From contig OZ244621.1 in NCBI GenBank assembly GCA_965218425.1, positions 1,248,001 through 1,312,000 on the forward strand: DNA of 64,000 nt, written 5' to 3'. Below are positions 20,468-29,537 of this stretch, in pieces. The stretch comes from an uncultured Candidatus Binatia bacterium (GTDB lineage: Bacteria; Desulfobacterota; Binatia; UBA9968; CAXXLF01). Position 1 is the first letter of the stretch. Each line of letters opens with the position of its first letter. The position numbers and the translations under genes are program-made. Below the pieces are notes generated by a model. That model worked only from the letters and a program-made list of their open reading frames with translations, was not told the DNA's origin and searched no databases.

Positions 20468-20941
20468 CTATTGACCGATGACCCATTCCTGCCTCTTACC
20501 GAATCCCTGTTCGTTGTCGATATAAAATACACGAGTCGGCTTGACGCAGTAGAATTTCACCTTGAGAAAGGCTCGATTGAGGATACCACTGCTGGGATCA
20601 CTGAATATCTTAATAATCCCAGGGTACTTACGTGCATAGACCGCCATGGCCTTTGCCTTTGAAATGACCGCTCCAACCTCCACCACCTCGCCTTCCATCT
20701 GAATGCCTTTGATCTTGCGCCAATCGCTGTAATCTTCCTGAATCGTTACCGCGACTTTCGAATTATCCTGCAAATTCTGACAGTGGCGTGATTGAGGATC
20801 AGAAAAGAAATAGAGATCCAACCCATCGCTTGCATAAAACACGGTGGCTGCCCAAGGGATATTTTCCCCGCAGGTGCCCAAGGTCATGGTGTTATGGCCT
20901 TCCACGTAACTCAGGATCCGTCGCTTTAAATCTTCAGCCAT
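20468..20941 (-). CDS. Pyridoxamine 5'-phosphate oxidase family protein (YhbP-like)
   Basis: MTLGT, PWAATVFY, SRHCQNL, KGIQMEG and DNEQGFG motifs. Confidence 0.85.
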   Translation of the reverse strand: MAEDLKRRILSYVEGHNTMTLGTCGENIPWAATVFYASDGLDLYFFSDPQSRHCQNLQDNSKVAVTIQEDYSDWRKIKGIQMEGEVVEVGAVISKAKAMAVYARKYPGIIKIFSDPSSGILNRAFLKVKFYCVKPTRVFYIDNEQGFGKRQEWVIGQ

Positions 20942-20946
20942 AGAAC

Positions 20947-21022
20947 CAGCTATGAGCTATCAGTCGTCAGCTTTCAGCTTCGATCCCCCGCCACCCATAG
21001 CTGACGGCTGAGCGCTGATCGC
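20947..21022. repeat. 7-bp-periodic inverted repeat (CAGCTAT/CAGCTTT units facing GCTGACG/GCTGAGC units)
   Basis: cagctat gagctat cagtcgt cagcttt cagc ... gctgacg gctgagc gctgatc. Confidence 0.7.
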
Positions 21023-21023
21023 A

Positions 21024-22097
21024 TTATTTAACCTTCTGCCAACCATAGGGAGACCTCCGCATAAGCGGAACTTTACGCAAGGAGGCCAAATTCTCAGCCC
21101 CAACGCAGAGCATCGCTACCTTCAGTTCACGAGTAATCCGCGACAAAAAATCTACCACATGGTCCGATGATTCCAAGGCCGGATTCAGAAGGGGCTGTCC
21201 GATACCCACGACATTGGCACCCAAGGCAACGGCCTTAGCCACATCAAGGCCACTGCGGATTCCGCCTGATGCCACCAACTCCATCTCCGGCACCGCGCCC
21301 CTCACCACAACCAGCGCCTCGTCCGTGGGAATACCCCAGGTCGCAAAGGTGTCATCGGCGGGCAGTCCCTGCCGCGCTGCTCGCTTAGCCTCCACCGCGT
21401 ACCAAGAGGTCCCCCCCGAACCTGCAACGTCAATGGCTCGGACTCCCGCCCCCCTGAGTCGAATGGCCACGTCCGCAGAAATACCACTGCCCACCTCCTT
21501 CGCCACGACTGGCACCTCCAACTGAGCACAAACCTCCCCAATTTTTTTCGTGAGTCCCCTGAAATTTCGATTCCCTTCGGGTTGGATCGCTTCCTGTAGA
21601 ACGTTGAGATGCAAGACGAGGCCGTCTGCCTGAATCATGCGAACTGCTTGACGGCACTGCTCGATATCGTACCCATAATTCAACTGGACCGCTCCCAGGT
21701 TACCGAGCAGCAAAATATCCGGCGCAACATCTCGAACCTGAAAAGACCTGGCCGCGCGAGGCTCCTCCAGGGCGACCCTTTGAGACCCCAGACCCATGGC
21801 TAGGCCCAAGTGCTGCGCCGCCTTGGCCAGATTTCGGTTCACTTTTTGTGCAAGATCAAATCCCCCCGTCATGGAAGAAATCAACAGAGGGGCTTTCAGT
21901 CCCTTCTCGACAAAATTCGTCCCGAGGTCGATATCATCGATATTCAATTCCGGTAAGGCGTTATGGACAAACGTGTATTGGTCCAAGCCCGTACTATGAG
22001 GGGATGCGACGGCCTCGTCATCCAGACAGAGTTCGAGGTGCTCCTTTTTTCTCTTCTGCGTTTTCGAGAGGGACTTTTTAGCCTTTTTGGCTGGCAT
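21024..22097 (-). CDS. fni: Type 2 (FMN-dependent) isopentenyl-diphosphate isomerase
   Basis: RKKEHL, SSMTGG, GSQR, HLNVLQE, KEVGSG, GSGGTSW and SGGIRSG motifs. Confidence 0.95.
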   Translation of the reverse strand: MPAKKAKKSLSKTQKRKKEHLELCLDDEAVASPHSTGLDQYTFVHNALPELNIDDIDLGTNFVEKGLKAPLLISSMTGGFDLAQKVNRNLAKAAQHLGLAMGLGSQRVALEEPRAARSFQVRDVAPDILLLGNLGAVQLNYGYDIEQCRQAVRMIQADGLVLHLNVLQEAIQPEGNRNFRGLTKKIGEVCAQLEVPVVAKEVGSGISADVAIRLRGAGVRAIDVAGSGGTSWYAVEAKRAARQGLPADDTFATWGIPTDEALVVVRGAVPEMELVASGGIRSGLDVAKAVALGANVVGIGQPLLNPALESSDHVVDFLSRITRELKVAMLCVGAENLASLRKVPLMRRSPYGWQKVK

Positions 22098-22115
22098 GGT
22101 ATGGCGGAGATGAGC

Positions 22116-22820
22116 TCATCGGCGCCGCTTTACGGCTGGCCTACGCTTGCTACCGCTAGCCACAGGAACGGACTTTCCGGCCCCCTGCGGTTCAGTGGGG
22201 CTCGATACCTTTGGACTGGAATCCGTCACCTTCGTAGCATCGGGATGGCGCTTCATCTGATGATCGTCCCATCGCTGAAAGAGGTCAAGGCCAATATCGA
22301 ACTGGTCCAGGACCCGAGCAACGGTTTGGTTGATCACATCGTCCAGGGTCTTGGGCCGGTGGTAAAAGGCAGGCACCGGCGGAAAGATAATCGCCCCAAT
22401 GCGGGTCAGAGTAACCATACTTTCCAAATGACCTAGATGTAGGGGGGTTTCGCGCGTGACCAGGACAAGCTTTTTCCTCTCCTTGAGCACTACATCGGCT
22501 GCGCGGACTAACAGGTCTCCCCCCACGGAAAGGGCAATTCCTCCTAGCGACTTCATGGAACAAGGGGCGATGACCATGCCCTCGGTGCGAAAAGAACCGC
22601 TGGCGATGCTTGCTCCTACGTTGTTGATATCGTGCACAAAGTCCGCCATGGCTTCCACATCTTTTACAGAATACAGTGTCTCCACCTGAATGGTCATCTT
22701 GGCCGCACGGGTCAATACCAGGTGTGTTTCCACGTCATCCACCTTGGAGAGAACGTCAAGAATGCGAATACCAAAAATGGCCCCGGTGGCACCCGAGAGA
22801 CCGACGATAAGACGACGCAC
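22116..22820 (-). CDS. ubiX: Flavin prenyltransferase
   Basis: GLSGATG, IASGS, PCSMKSL, RAADVVLKERKKLVLVTRETP and PPVPAFY motifs; GTG start with GGAGG RBS. Confidence 0.95.
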   Translation of the reverse strand: MRRLIVGLSGATGAIFGIRILDVLSKVDDVETHLVLTRAAKMTIQVETLYSVKDVEAMADFVHDINNVGASIASGSFRTEGMVIAPCSMKSLGGIALSVGGDLLVRAADVVLKERKKLVLVTRETPLHLGHLESMVTLTRIGAIIFPPVPAFYHRPKTLDDVINQTVARVLDQFDIGLDLFQRWDDHQMKRHPDATKVTDSSPKVSSPTEPQGAGKSVPVASGSKRRPAVKRRR

Positions 22821-22839
22821 AGAGATCCTCCTTCTACTC

Positions 22840-23265
22840 CTACGATTCGATAAACTCTAAAATCAACCGGTCCCCATCCTTAACATTAAGCGTATCCTTC
22901 ACATGAAAAGGAGCAATGACCTCGAGTTTATCCGGCGGATAATTATCCACTTCGGGGACTAGGACGGCAACCGTCTCGTTATCCTTTGGACCCACGGAGG
23001 GTCCACCAATGCGGGCTGTGAAGCAGCGGGCATTACAAAAAGAAGCTTCCGCAGGTGGAACATCAACTCCCCTCATGGATTTTTGCAGATCCTTCCATTG
23101 CTCCATCGCTTCGGTGGACTCAAGACGCAAATTGAGTGTCCCCGGATGAGGGGCAAAACCCACCCTTTCTCGGATGACTCGTTGGACCCACTCGAGGGCC
23201 ATAAAGGAAGCCCCCTGTCCTAAATCGGTAAACACCACACCGGTGATCCTTTTGCTGGCGGCCAT
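22840..23265 (-). CDS. ribK: CTP-dependent riboflavin kinase (archaeal RibK type, DUF120)
   Basis: G-V-TDLGQG, PHPGTLNL and LEVIAP...LNVKDGD signature motifs. Confidence 0.85.
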   Translation of the reverse strand: MAASKRITGVVFTDLGQGASFMALEWVQRVIRERVGFAPHPGTLNLRLESTEAMEQWKDLQKSMRGVDVPPAEASFCNARCFTARIGGPSVGPKDNETVAVLVPEVDNYPPDKLEVIAPFHVKDTLNVKDGDRLILEFIES

Positions 23266-23313
23266 CTTCCTTGGATAATATCGATGTACTCTGCCAGATC
23301 CTTAAACCGGGTT

Positions 23314-24117
23314 TCACGAATTACTCGTAGGGCCTTTATCTTTTCGTGAAAGAGACAGAGACCCGCCCTTTCCTCCTCGTCGAGCGAGAATGATCTCCGC
23401 GATGATCGCCACGGCAATCTCCTCGGGGGTCTCCGCGTGGAGATCCAAACCGATGGGGGCATAGACTCTTTGAATGATCTCGTCGGCGATCTTCTCCTCT
23501 TCCTTAAACCGATGGAAGCATGCCTTTACGCGTCTTCTGCTACCGATCATTCCAACGTATTTGGCCGGACTATGCACGATCTCTCGGAGACAGGGCTCAT
23601 CATACTTATGACCTCGGGTGACAAGCACAATATAGGTGGAAGGAGTGATGGCCATTCCCTTGAGGGTTTCCGCCATATCCCCCACCGTAACTTCGTCCAC
23701 ATCCGGAAACCTCTCTCGGTTGGCGAACAGGATGCGATCGTCGATGACGGTAACATGGAAATCCAATAGTCTGGCAATCTTCGCCAGCGGTACGGCAATG
23801 TGGCCTGCGCCCACCACGATGAGTTTTGGGGGCGAAAGCATCACGTCAAAGTAGATTTCCGCTTTGCCGCCGGTTGATGGGAGATCCAATGATACAAGCT
23901 TGGATCTCTCTTCCTTCAACCGTGTCTCGGCCTCCTTGAGGATCGCCGCCTTAAGCTCTTGATCTCGGATGGTTGCGGCTTTAACCTGCCCGTCACTAAT
24001 GAGGCATTTCGCTCCGGATTGCACCTGGCCGCCTTCCCCCGCATTCACCACCGTTGCCAACACCGCAGAGGCACGCGCTTTCTGGACGCTGATTAGCTCT
24101 TCAATCAACTCGCTCAT
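23314..24117 (-). CDS. XdhC/CoxF family Moco-insertion chaperone (CoxI-like plus Rossmann domain)
   Basis: GAGHIA, IDDR, VTRGHKYD, YVGMIGSRRR and PIGLDL-AETPEEIA motifs. The ATG at 24117 overlaps the upstream stop. Confidence 0.9.
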   Translation of the reverse strand: MSELIEELISVQKARASAVLATVVNAGEGGQVQSGAKCLISDGQVKAATIRDQELKAAILKEAETRLKEERSKLVSLDLPSTGGKAEIYFDVMLSPPKLIVVGAGHIAVPLAKIARLLDFHVTVIDDRILFANRERFPDVDEVTVGDMAETLKGMAITPSTYIVLVTRGHKYDEPCLREIVHSPAKYVGMIGSRRRVKACFHRFKEEEKIADEIIQRVYAPIGLDLHAETPEEIAVAIIAEIILARRGGKGGSLSLSRKDKGPTSNS

Positions 24118-24455
24118 TCTTTTGTTGGAGTCTCTTCCGCGCCCTTCCACCAAGGATCGATGAAGACGTTCATTATGCCACCGCAGACAGCGGGGCTATC
24201 CGAAGAGATATCGTCAAGGAGATCCACCCGCACTACCTTGGGCTTCCGCGTCCGGATGACTTCAATGGCCTCACGACGCACATCCGCCTCACCGCAACCA
24301 CCACCAATGGTCCCTAAGATTTCCCCCCAGGCGGTCACGGCCATCTTTGCTCCCACCTCCCTAGGAGTGGACCCACGAGTGGAGACGATGGTGGCCACGG
24401 CTAGGGTTTCCCCTTTATCCAAGAATTCTTTGATTTGGTCATAAATCTCATCCAT
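24114..24455 (-). CDS. Stand-alone XdhC/CoxI N-terminal domain protein
   Basis: GSTPREVGAKM, GTIGGGCGE and CGG motifs. Confidence 0.88.
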   Translation of the reverse strand: MDEIYDQIKEFLDKGETLAVATIVSTRGSTPREVGAKMAVTAWGEILGTIGGGCGEADVRREAIEVIRTRKPKVVRVDLLDDISSDSPAVCGGIMNVFIDPWWKGAEETPTKE

Positions 24456-24466
24456 TGCACGACCTC

Positions 24467-25684
24467 CTAAGCAACCAGTCGTTGCATCGTGGAGCCTAAC
24501 GCAACAAGGCTCTGAACATTGTGAACTGACAAAAAGTAATCCAAATGAGGAAGCACCGCTTGCATTCCTTTACACAAGGGCTGGTAGTCCTTGCTGGCCA
24601 AAAGGGGATTGAGCCATATCACCTTATGGCACCGTCTCTTTAAGTTTATCATTTCCTGCTCCAGCAAAGCCACATTCCCCCGGTCCCAACCATCACTGAT
24701 GACCACCACAACGGTCCGATGGGTCACCAGACTAGGGGCAAATTCCCTATTGAAGGCGGAAAGGGAACGGCCGATATTGGTCCCCCCTGACCAGCCCAGC
24801 ACATCACCCGAGATTCTCTCCAGTGCGTTCACGATGTCCCGGGTACGAATCATATGAGTGATACGGGTTAGGGAGGTGCTGAACACGAAGGTCTCCACAC
24901 CCCAGAGTTCGTTCTGCAGGCCATACATAAACTGGATTAAAAAGCGGCTATAACAGTCCATGGAACCGCTCACGTCACAAAGCAGAATCACGCGGGTTTT
25001 CTTGATTCTGCGCTTGCGCGAGACGAGGTCAATTAACTCTCCCCCGTATTTAATGTTCTTTCGCATGGTCCAGCGTGGATCTATCTCATCTCCTTTGACG
25101 GACCGCTTTTTCCGACGGCTCACCTGTGTGGCGATCTTCGAAGCAATGAGGAGGATCGCACGGCTAATGGCCCGACTCTCTTCGATCCCCATTTCACTGA
25201 AGTCTTTTTGGTTCAATACTTCCTGGGGGCTGTAGGTGGGAAGCGACAAGGGATCCCCCTCCTCGTTCTGATCCTCTTCGCCGTTGGCCACCTCTGTGGT
25301 TTCCTCTTGAACTTCTCCCGGCTCATCCCAGCCTTCACGGGATAATGAAGATGGCATCACCAATTCTTCGGACTCCCCTTGCTCCTCGGCTTCAGACATT
25401 CCTTTCCAAAAACATTCAAAGACGCGGTCGAACAGGGGCATCTGCTCCCTTTCAGAGACTAAGTTCGAACGAAGGACTGAGTAAAAGTCTTCTCGACGTC
25501 CGATATCCACGAATTCAAGGGAGCGGCTGGCATCCATCACCTGGCTCAGCCCCACCCTGAGGCCCAGATCTTTCATCACTCGCCCAAAGGCCAGCAGGTT
25601 CGGCAACAGTCCCGTTCCGCGCACTTTGGCGAAAGACTGAACCGTCTTGATAATATCTTGATCGGTGGGCTCTTCAGTGCTCAT
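24467..25684 (-). CDS. CoxE-like VWA domain protein
   Basis: CDVSGSM, FVFSTSLT, WSGGTNIG, ISDGWD and WLNPL motifs. Confidence 0.9.
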   Translation of the reverse strand: MSTEEPTDQDIIKTVQSFAKVRGTGLLPNLLAFGRVMKDLGLRVGLSQVMDASRSLEFVDIGRREDFYSVLRSNLVSEREQMPLFDRVFECFWKGMSEAEEQGESEELVMPSSLSREGWDEPGEVQEETTEVANGEEDQNEEGDPLSLPTYSPQEVLNQKDFSEMGIEESRAISRAILLIASKIATQVSRRKKRSVKGDEIDPRWTMRKNIKYGGELIDLVSRKRRIKKTRVILLCDVSGSMDCYSRFLIQFMYGLQNELWGVETFVFSTSLTRITHMIRTRDIVNALERISGDVLGWSGGTNIGRSLSAFNREFAPSLVTHRTVVVVISDGWDRGNVALLEQEMINLKRRCHKVIWLNPLLASKDYQPLCKGMQAVLPHLDYFLSVHNVQSLVALGSTMQRLVA

Positions 25685-25685
25685 C

Positions 25686-26612
25686 TTAGGATTGAAACCT
25701 CGCTGGTTCTTTGAGAATGCCGCCCAAATCCAGTTTCTTGTTGGTCACCTCTTCCTGCAGGTGGTGAAGGTCCTCTTTGTATTTAAAGACACATCCCATG
25801 GTTTCCTCCAGGGTCTTTTCGTCCAGTTGCTCGCGATGGAGGGCCATCAGGGCGCAGGCCCAATCGAGGGTCTCCGCCACACCGGGGCGTTTGTAGAAAT
25901 TCATCTGTCGAACCTGTTGCATAAAGGCACAAATCTGCTTTGCCAAAAGCTCCCCCACTTGGTCGTACTTCGTGATGACAATCTCATATTCCTTTTCAAA
26001 GGTGGGGTATTCGATCCAATGGTAAAGGCACCGCCGCTTGAGCGCGTCATGAATCTCTCGAGTCCGGTTGGAGGTGAGAAAAACATAGGGTCGCTGTTTG
26101 GCGCGGATGGTCCCAATCTCAGGTATGGTGATTTGAAAATCAGAAAGCACCTCTAAAAGAAAGGCCTCAAACTCCATATCCGCGCGATCGATTTCGTCGA
26201 TCAAGAGGACCGGTGGCGTGGAGCCCTCACTCTGTATGGCCTCCAATAGCGGCCGTTTAACGATGTACTCCTCTGTAAAGATCTCGGTTTCCAGATTCTT
26301 CCGGTCACCTTGCCCCACCTCCTCTAACTTGATGCGCAGCATCTGCTTGGGATAGTTCCATTCGTAAAGAGCCGTGTTCGCATCCAATCCCTCATAACAC
26401 TGGAGACGGATCAGGCGCGACTCCATGACCTCGGCAAGGACCTTGGCGATCTCCGTCTTGCCAACTCCAGCCTCCCCCTCTAGGAGCACAGGCTTGCCCA
26501 TTTGAACGGAGAGAAAGACCACGGTGGCCAGGCTCCTGTCGCAGATATATTGTTGTTTTCTCAATACTTCCTGAATCTTTTCAATGGTGAGTTTTTTCGG
26601 AATCATCGCCAC
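25686..26612 (-). CDS. MoxR AAA+ ATPase (CoxD-like)
   Basis: GEAGVGKT, LQCYEG, LLIDEID, TSNRTRE-HDALKRRC and PGVAETLDW motifs. Confidence 0.92.
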   Translation of the reverse strand: MAMIPKKLTIEKIQEVLRKQQYICDRSLATVVFLSVQMGKPVLLEGEAGVGKTEIAKVLAEVMESRLIRLQCYEGLDANTALYEWNYPKQMLRIKLEEVGQGDRKNLETEIFTEEYIVKRPLLEAIQSEGSTPPVLLIDEIDRADMEFEAFLLEVLSDFQITIPEIGTIRAKQRPYVFLTSNRTREIHDALKRRCLYHWIEYPTFEKEYEIVITKYDQVGELLAKQICAFMQQVRQMNFYKRPGVAETLDWACALMALHREQLDEKTLEETMGCVFKYKEDLHHLQEEVTNKKLDLGGILKEPARFQS

Positions 26613-26770
26613 CTCTCCCTTATGATATAAAGACGATTACCATACTCTGTTTCCCCCTGGGGATCAATGTCTTCAGACCGCCCGGACCGCCTCCCCATGA
26701 CACCCCAAACTTAATGTACTTTACGCCGACCGCCCCAAGCAAGAGGTGAAAACCCCGCACTTCCATGGGC

Positions 26771-27886
26771 TCAGTCCGGCTTTTGATTTCCTTGCAGTCG
26801 CCCCTGGTATTTTTGCCATGCCCCATCCCACCTTCGACGGATCTCGTCTACTGGGGCTTGAAATTCATCAATCCTCCGGAGGGTTTGAACTAGAAGTCGT
26901 ACGCTACCTTCAACATCCTTCAAGTGGACCCCCTCTGGGGCGATCACTCTTGCACCCTGGTTATGGTAATTTCTGAGCGGAACGGCCATTCCCCCAGCCA
27001 TGTAGCCCTTTAGCTGAAAGGGCGTCGCCTCGCATGTGCCCCCATCCATCACTCTGCGTTGAAACGAATAATCTTGATCTTTTTTCTTTTCCTCACGTGC
27101 CACGTGATCCATAAAAAGAACCATCTCATGATGAAACATGCTGGTCCGATCACCCAAGCGAATTACGGGCCCGCAACCCAAACGAACTCCAGGCAAGGCC
27201 TTACTGGTTTCAATGGAGATCATTTTAGTGGCGGGCGAAATGCACCCATCTTCAAGGATACCCAGAGTACCGACGAACCCTATTTCTTCAGCCCGTGTAA
27301 AAATAGCTAGGACCCCCTTTTTGAGGCCCCTTTGTTTGATCTCATTCAGGGCAGCAATCATCACCGCGCAGCCCACCAAATCGTCGGCCCCCTTTGTGTA
27401 GATCAATTCCCCCCGGCGGCGAAACGGCACAAGATCCCAGGTGCCGAAATCTCCTACATCCACAGCCCCATCCACTCTCAGTGTCATCTTGTCGACCCGC
27501 CCCTGATCGTTTTTTGAGATTTTTTCCACCCGGCCTTTGGCACTGACGTCGCCCGACGAATGCCGGTAAATCACCACCTTGGCACCCATGAAGTATTTCG
27601 GATCCACGCCTCCAAACCACTGGGCTTGTGCCCGGGTTCCCCTGGCCTCGATAATTTCAAATCCCGGATGGTCCATATGGGCGACCCAGGCCACGTGACT
27701 TTCCCCCTCCCCCCAGCGAACCAAAATATTGCCATAACGATCCATCTGTGGGGCGAGGCCCAATCCTTTTAATTCCTCGCAAATAAAGGAGCTCACAAAG
27801 CCTTCATGGAACGAGGCGGTGGGAAGAGGAAGAAGTCTTTCCAAAAGACGGATCAATGTCGTGCGTACCGACATAAGGTCTCTCAT
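26771..27886 (-). CDS. M20/M28/M42-type metallopeptidase
   Basis: AHMDHPG, ADDLVG, RAEEIG, GGTCEA and NYHN motifs. Start is about 27886 or 27874. Confidence 0.8.
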   Translation of the reverse strand: MRDLMSVRTTLIRLLERLLPLPTASFHEGFVSSFICEELKGLGLAPQMDRYGNILVRWGEGESHVAWVAHMDHPGFEIIEARGTRAQAQWFGGVDPKYFMGAKVVIYRHSSGDVSAKGRVEKISKNDQGRVDKMTLRVDGAVDVGDFGTWDLVPFRRRGELIYTKGADDLVGCAVMIAALNEIKQRGLKKGVLAIFTRAEEIGFVGTLGILEDGCISPATKMISIETSKALPGVRLGCGPVIRLGDRTSMFHHEMVLFMDHVAREEKKKDQDYSFQRRVMDGGTCEATPFQLKGYMAGGMAVPLRNYHNQGARVIAPEGVHLKDVEGSVRLLVQTLRRIDEFQAPVDEIRRRWDGAWQKYQGRLQGNQKPD

Positions 27887-27908
27887 TCCTTGGGCCCTAC
27901 GGCCCTGC

Positions 27909-28253
27909 TCACTTCTCTTCCCTTTTCTTTTCCTGAAGCTCCCTCTTCCAACCCAAAGTTCTAGCTTTGGCGGCAACTTCCTCTGCCTCCGCTATCATTC
28001 CCTTACGCTGATAAAAAATCGAAAGGCTGGTATGGGCCAGTTCATCTTCCGGGCTGACCTGGATCAGCTTCTTGCCAACCTCAACGGCCTCATCAAGCCT
28101 GTCAAGGTTGGCATAGGCCATGGCCAGGGCGTGCAATGCGTCCCCATAGCCTGGATCCAACTCCAAGGCCTTCTTATAGATTTCCAAAGCCTCTTCCATT
28201 TTGTCCTCGGCCAAGAGGTCCATGCCCTGGTTAAACAAATCTTCCTTGGTCAT
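27909..28253 (-). CDS. TPR repeat protein
   Basis: ALEIYKKALELDPGY and related TPR repeats; GGAGG RBS. Confidence 0.85.
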   Translation of the reverse strand: MTKEDLFNQGMDLLAEDKMEEALEIYKKALELDPGYGDALHALAMAYANLDRLDEAVEVGKKLIQVSPEDELAHTSLSIFYQRKGMIAEAEEVAAKARTLGWKRELQEKKREEK

Positions 28254-28447
28254 TTTCGGTCCTCCCTAGGCAACCGTGGCCAACCCGTCCCGTAATCAGT
28301 TGGGGAAGTCTAGCCCACACTGTAAGGGTCGGCAACTCCCCCAAAGGCGTTGATTGAAAAATCATCGAGTGTTTGACACAAATGAATTGAGACCCATTGA
28401 TATAACTTTAACTGGGAAGCCTCGTTCGCTATGTTGATGCGCACTTA

Positions 28448-29537
28448 TTGATCCTCGTATAATATAATGACATCAGAAAAGGCTGGACTGTTTCCAGAAG
28501 GCGGTAACGAGACGAGGCCTGCGGCGCATTCGGCAAAGGGCCCGACGAGCATGGTGGCTGAGTTGAGCGAAGTCCTTGGCACAGAAGTTGGGCAGTTCAT
28601 GATGCTTCCAGTATCCCCAGAGGTATTCGACGGGATTCAGTTCCGGTGCATAGGCCGGCAACCGTTCCAGCACCAACGCGCCTTCGGTAGCGGCAACAAA
28701 GTCCCGAACCAACCGGCTCCGGTGGCTGGGCAGTCCGTCCCACACTACCAGCAGCGGCCCGGAAACATGACGCATCAAGTGCTTCAGGAATTCGATGATC
28801 TGGGGGCTCTTGATGGCTCCCGGATACACTCGAAAGTACAAGCGCCACCAGGTGACTCCGGCGATGGCCGACAGACTCTTCCAGTTGAAGTGATATTGCA
28901 GCACTGGCGTCTGTCCTCGGGGCGACCACGTACGATACCGATTCGGCCGCTCGCTCAGCCCGCTTTCGTCCACGAACACTATGGTTCGCCCCTCGTTTCG
29001 GGCTTTTTTTTAATCTCCGGCCAGCGCTTCTTCTTCCACTGCCGGATCGCCTCTTCATCTCGTTCCAAGGCACGTCCCGTCGGCCGCTGGCAACTCCACC
29101 CCAACTGCCGCAATATCCGCCAAACATGGCCCGGATGGTATGTGACTCCGCAGGCTTCCCCAATCAAGTGGGCCACTCGCCTTGCGGTCCACAGGCTCGT
29201 GTCGTACCCCAGCGCTTCGGGTCCCCGTTTCAAACCGCCCTCGATCTTCTTCAGATCCGCCGGGCTCAGTCGCGGCTTGCGTCCGGCACGCCCCGCCTGC
29301 TTGAGCCCGGCTCTGCCGCTCTCGGCCAACTGCCGCGCCCATCGATTCACCGACTGGCGGTGCACTCCCACCCAACGCGCCACCTCCGCCTCCGACAGCC
29401 CTCGCTTCAACAGCCTCCCCGCCTCCATCCACCGCCGCTCCAATGCTTCAAAGTCCCGTCGCACTCCAAGTGGGTTTCCCATACCACCACTATACATTAA
29501 GTTCTTATCCAATGTTACTATATTATGCGGTTCTCAA
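28448..29537 (-). mobile_element. IS630-family insertion sequence, apparently intact (1090 bp)
   Basis: Imperfect terminal IRs (TTGATCCTCGTATAATATA / TTGAGAACCGCATAATATA) and a TA duplication at 28446-47 and 29538-39. Confidence 0.9.
28473..29482 (-). CDS. IS630 transposase (HTH orfA plus DDE orfB joined by a -1 frameshift)
   Basis: orfA has HTH motifs and LGWSCQRP. orfB has FVDESG, VWDGLPSH and LPAYAPELNPVE. An A8G slippery run lies at 29004-29011. Confidence 0.9.

Noticed and set aside
23314..24455. Selenium-dependent Mo-hydroxylase system (YqeB/YqeC) linked to selD
   Set aside because: The XdhC genes lack the YqeB domain, no yqeC was seen, and selD sits with selAB/selC 35 kb away.
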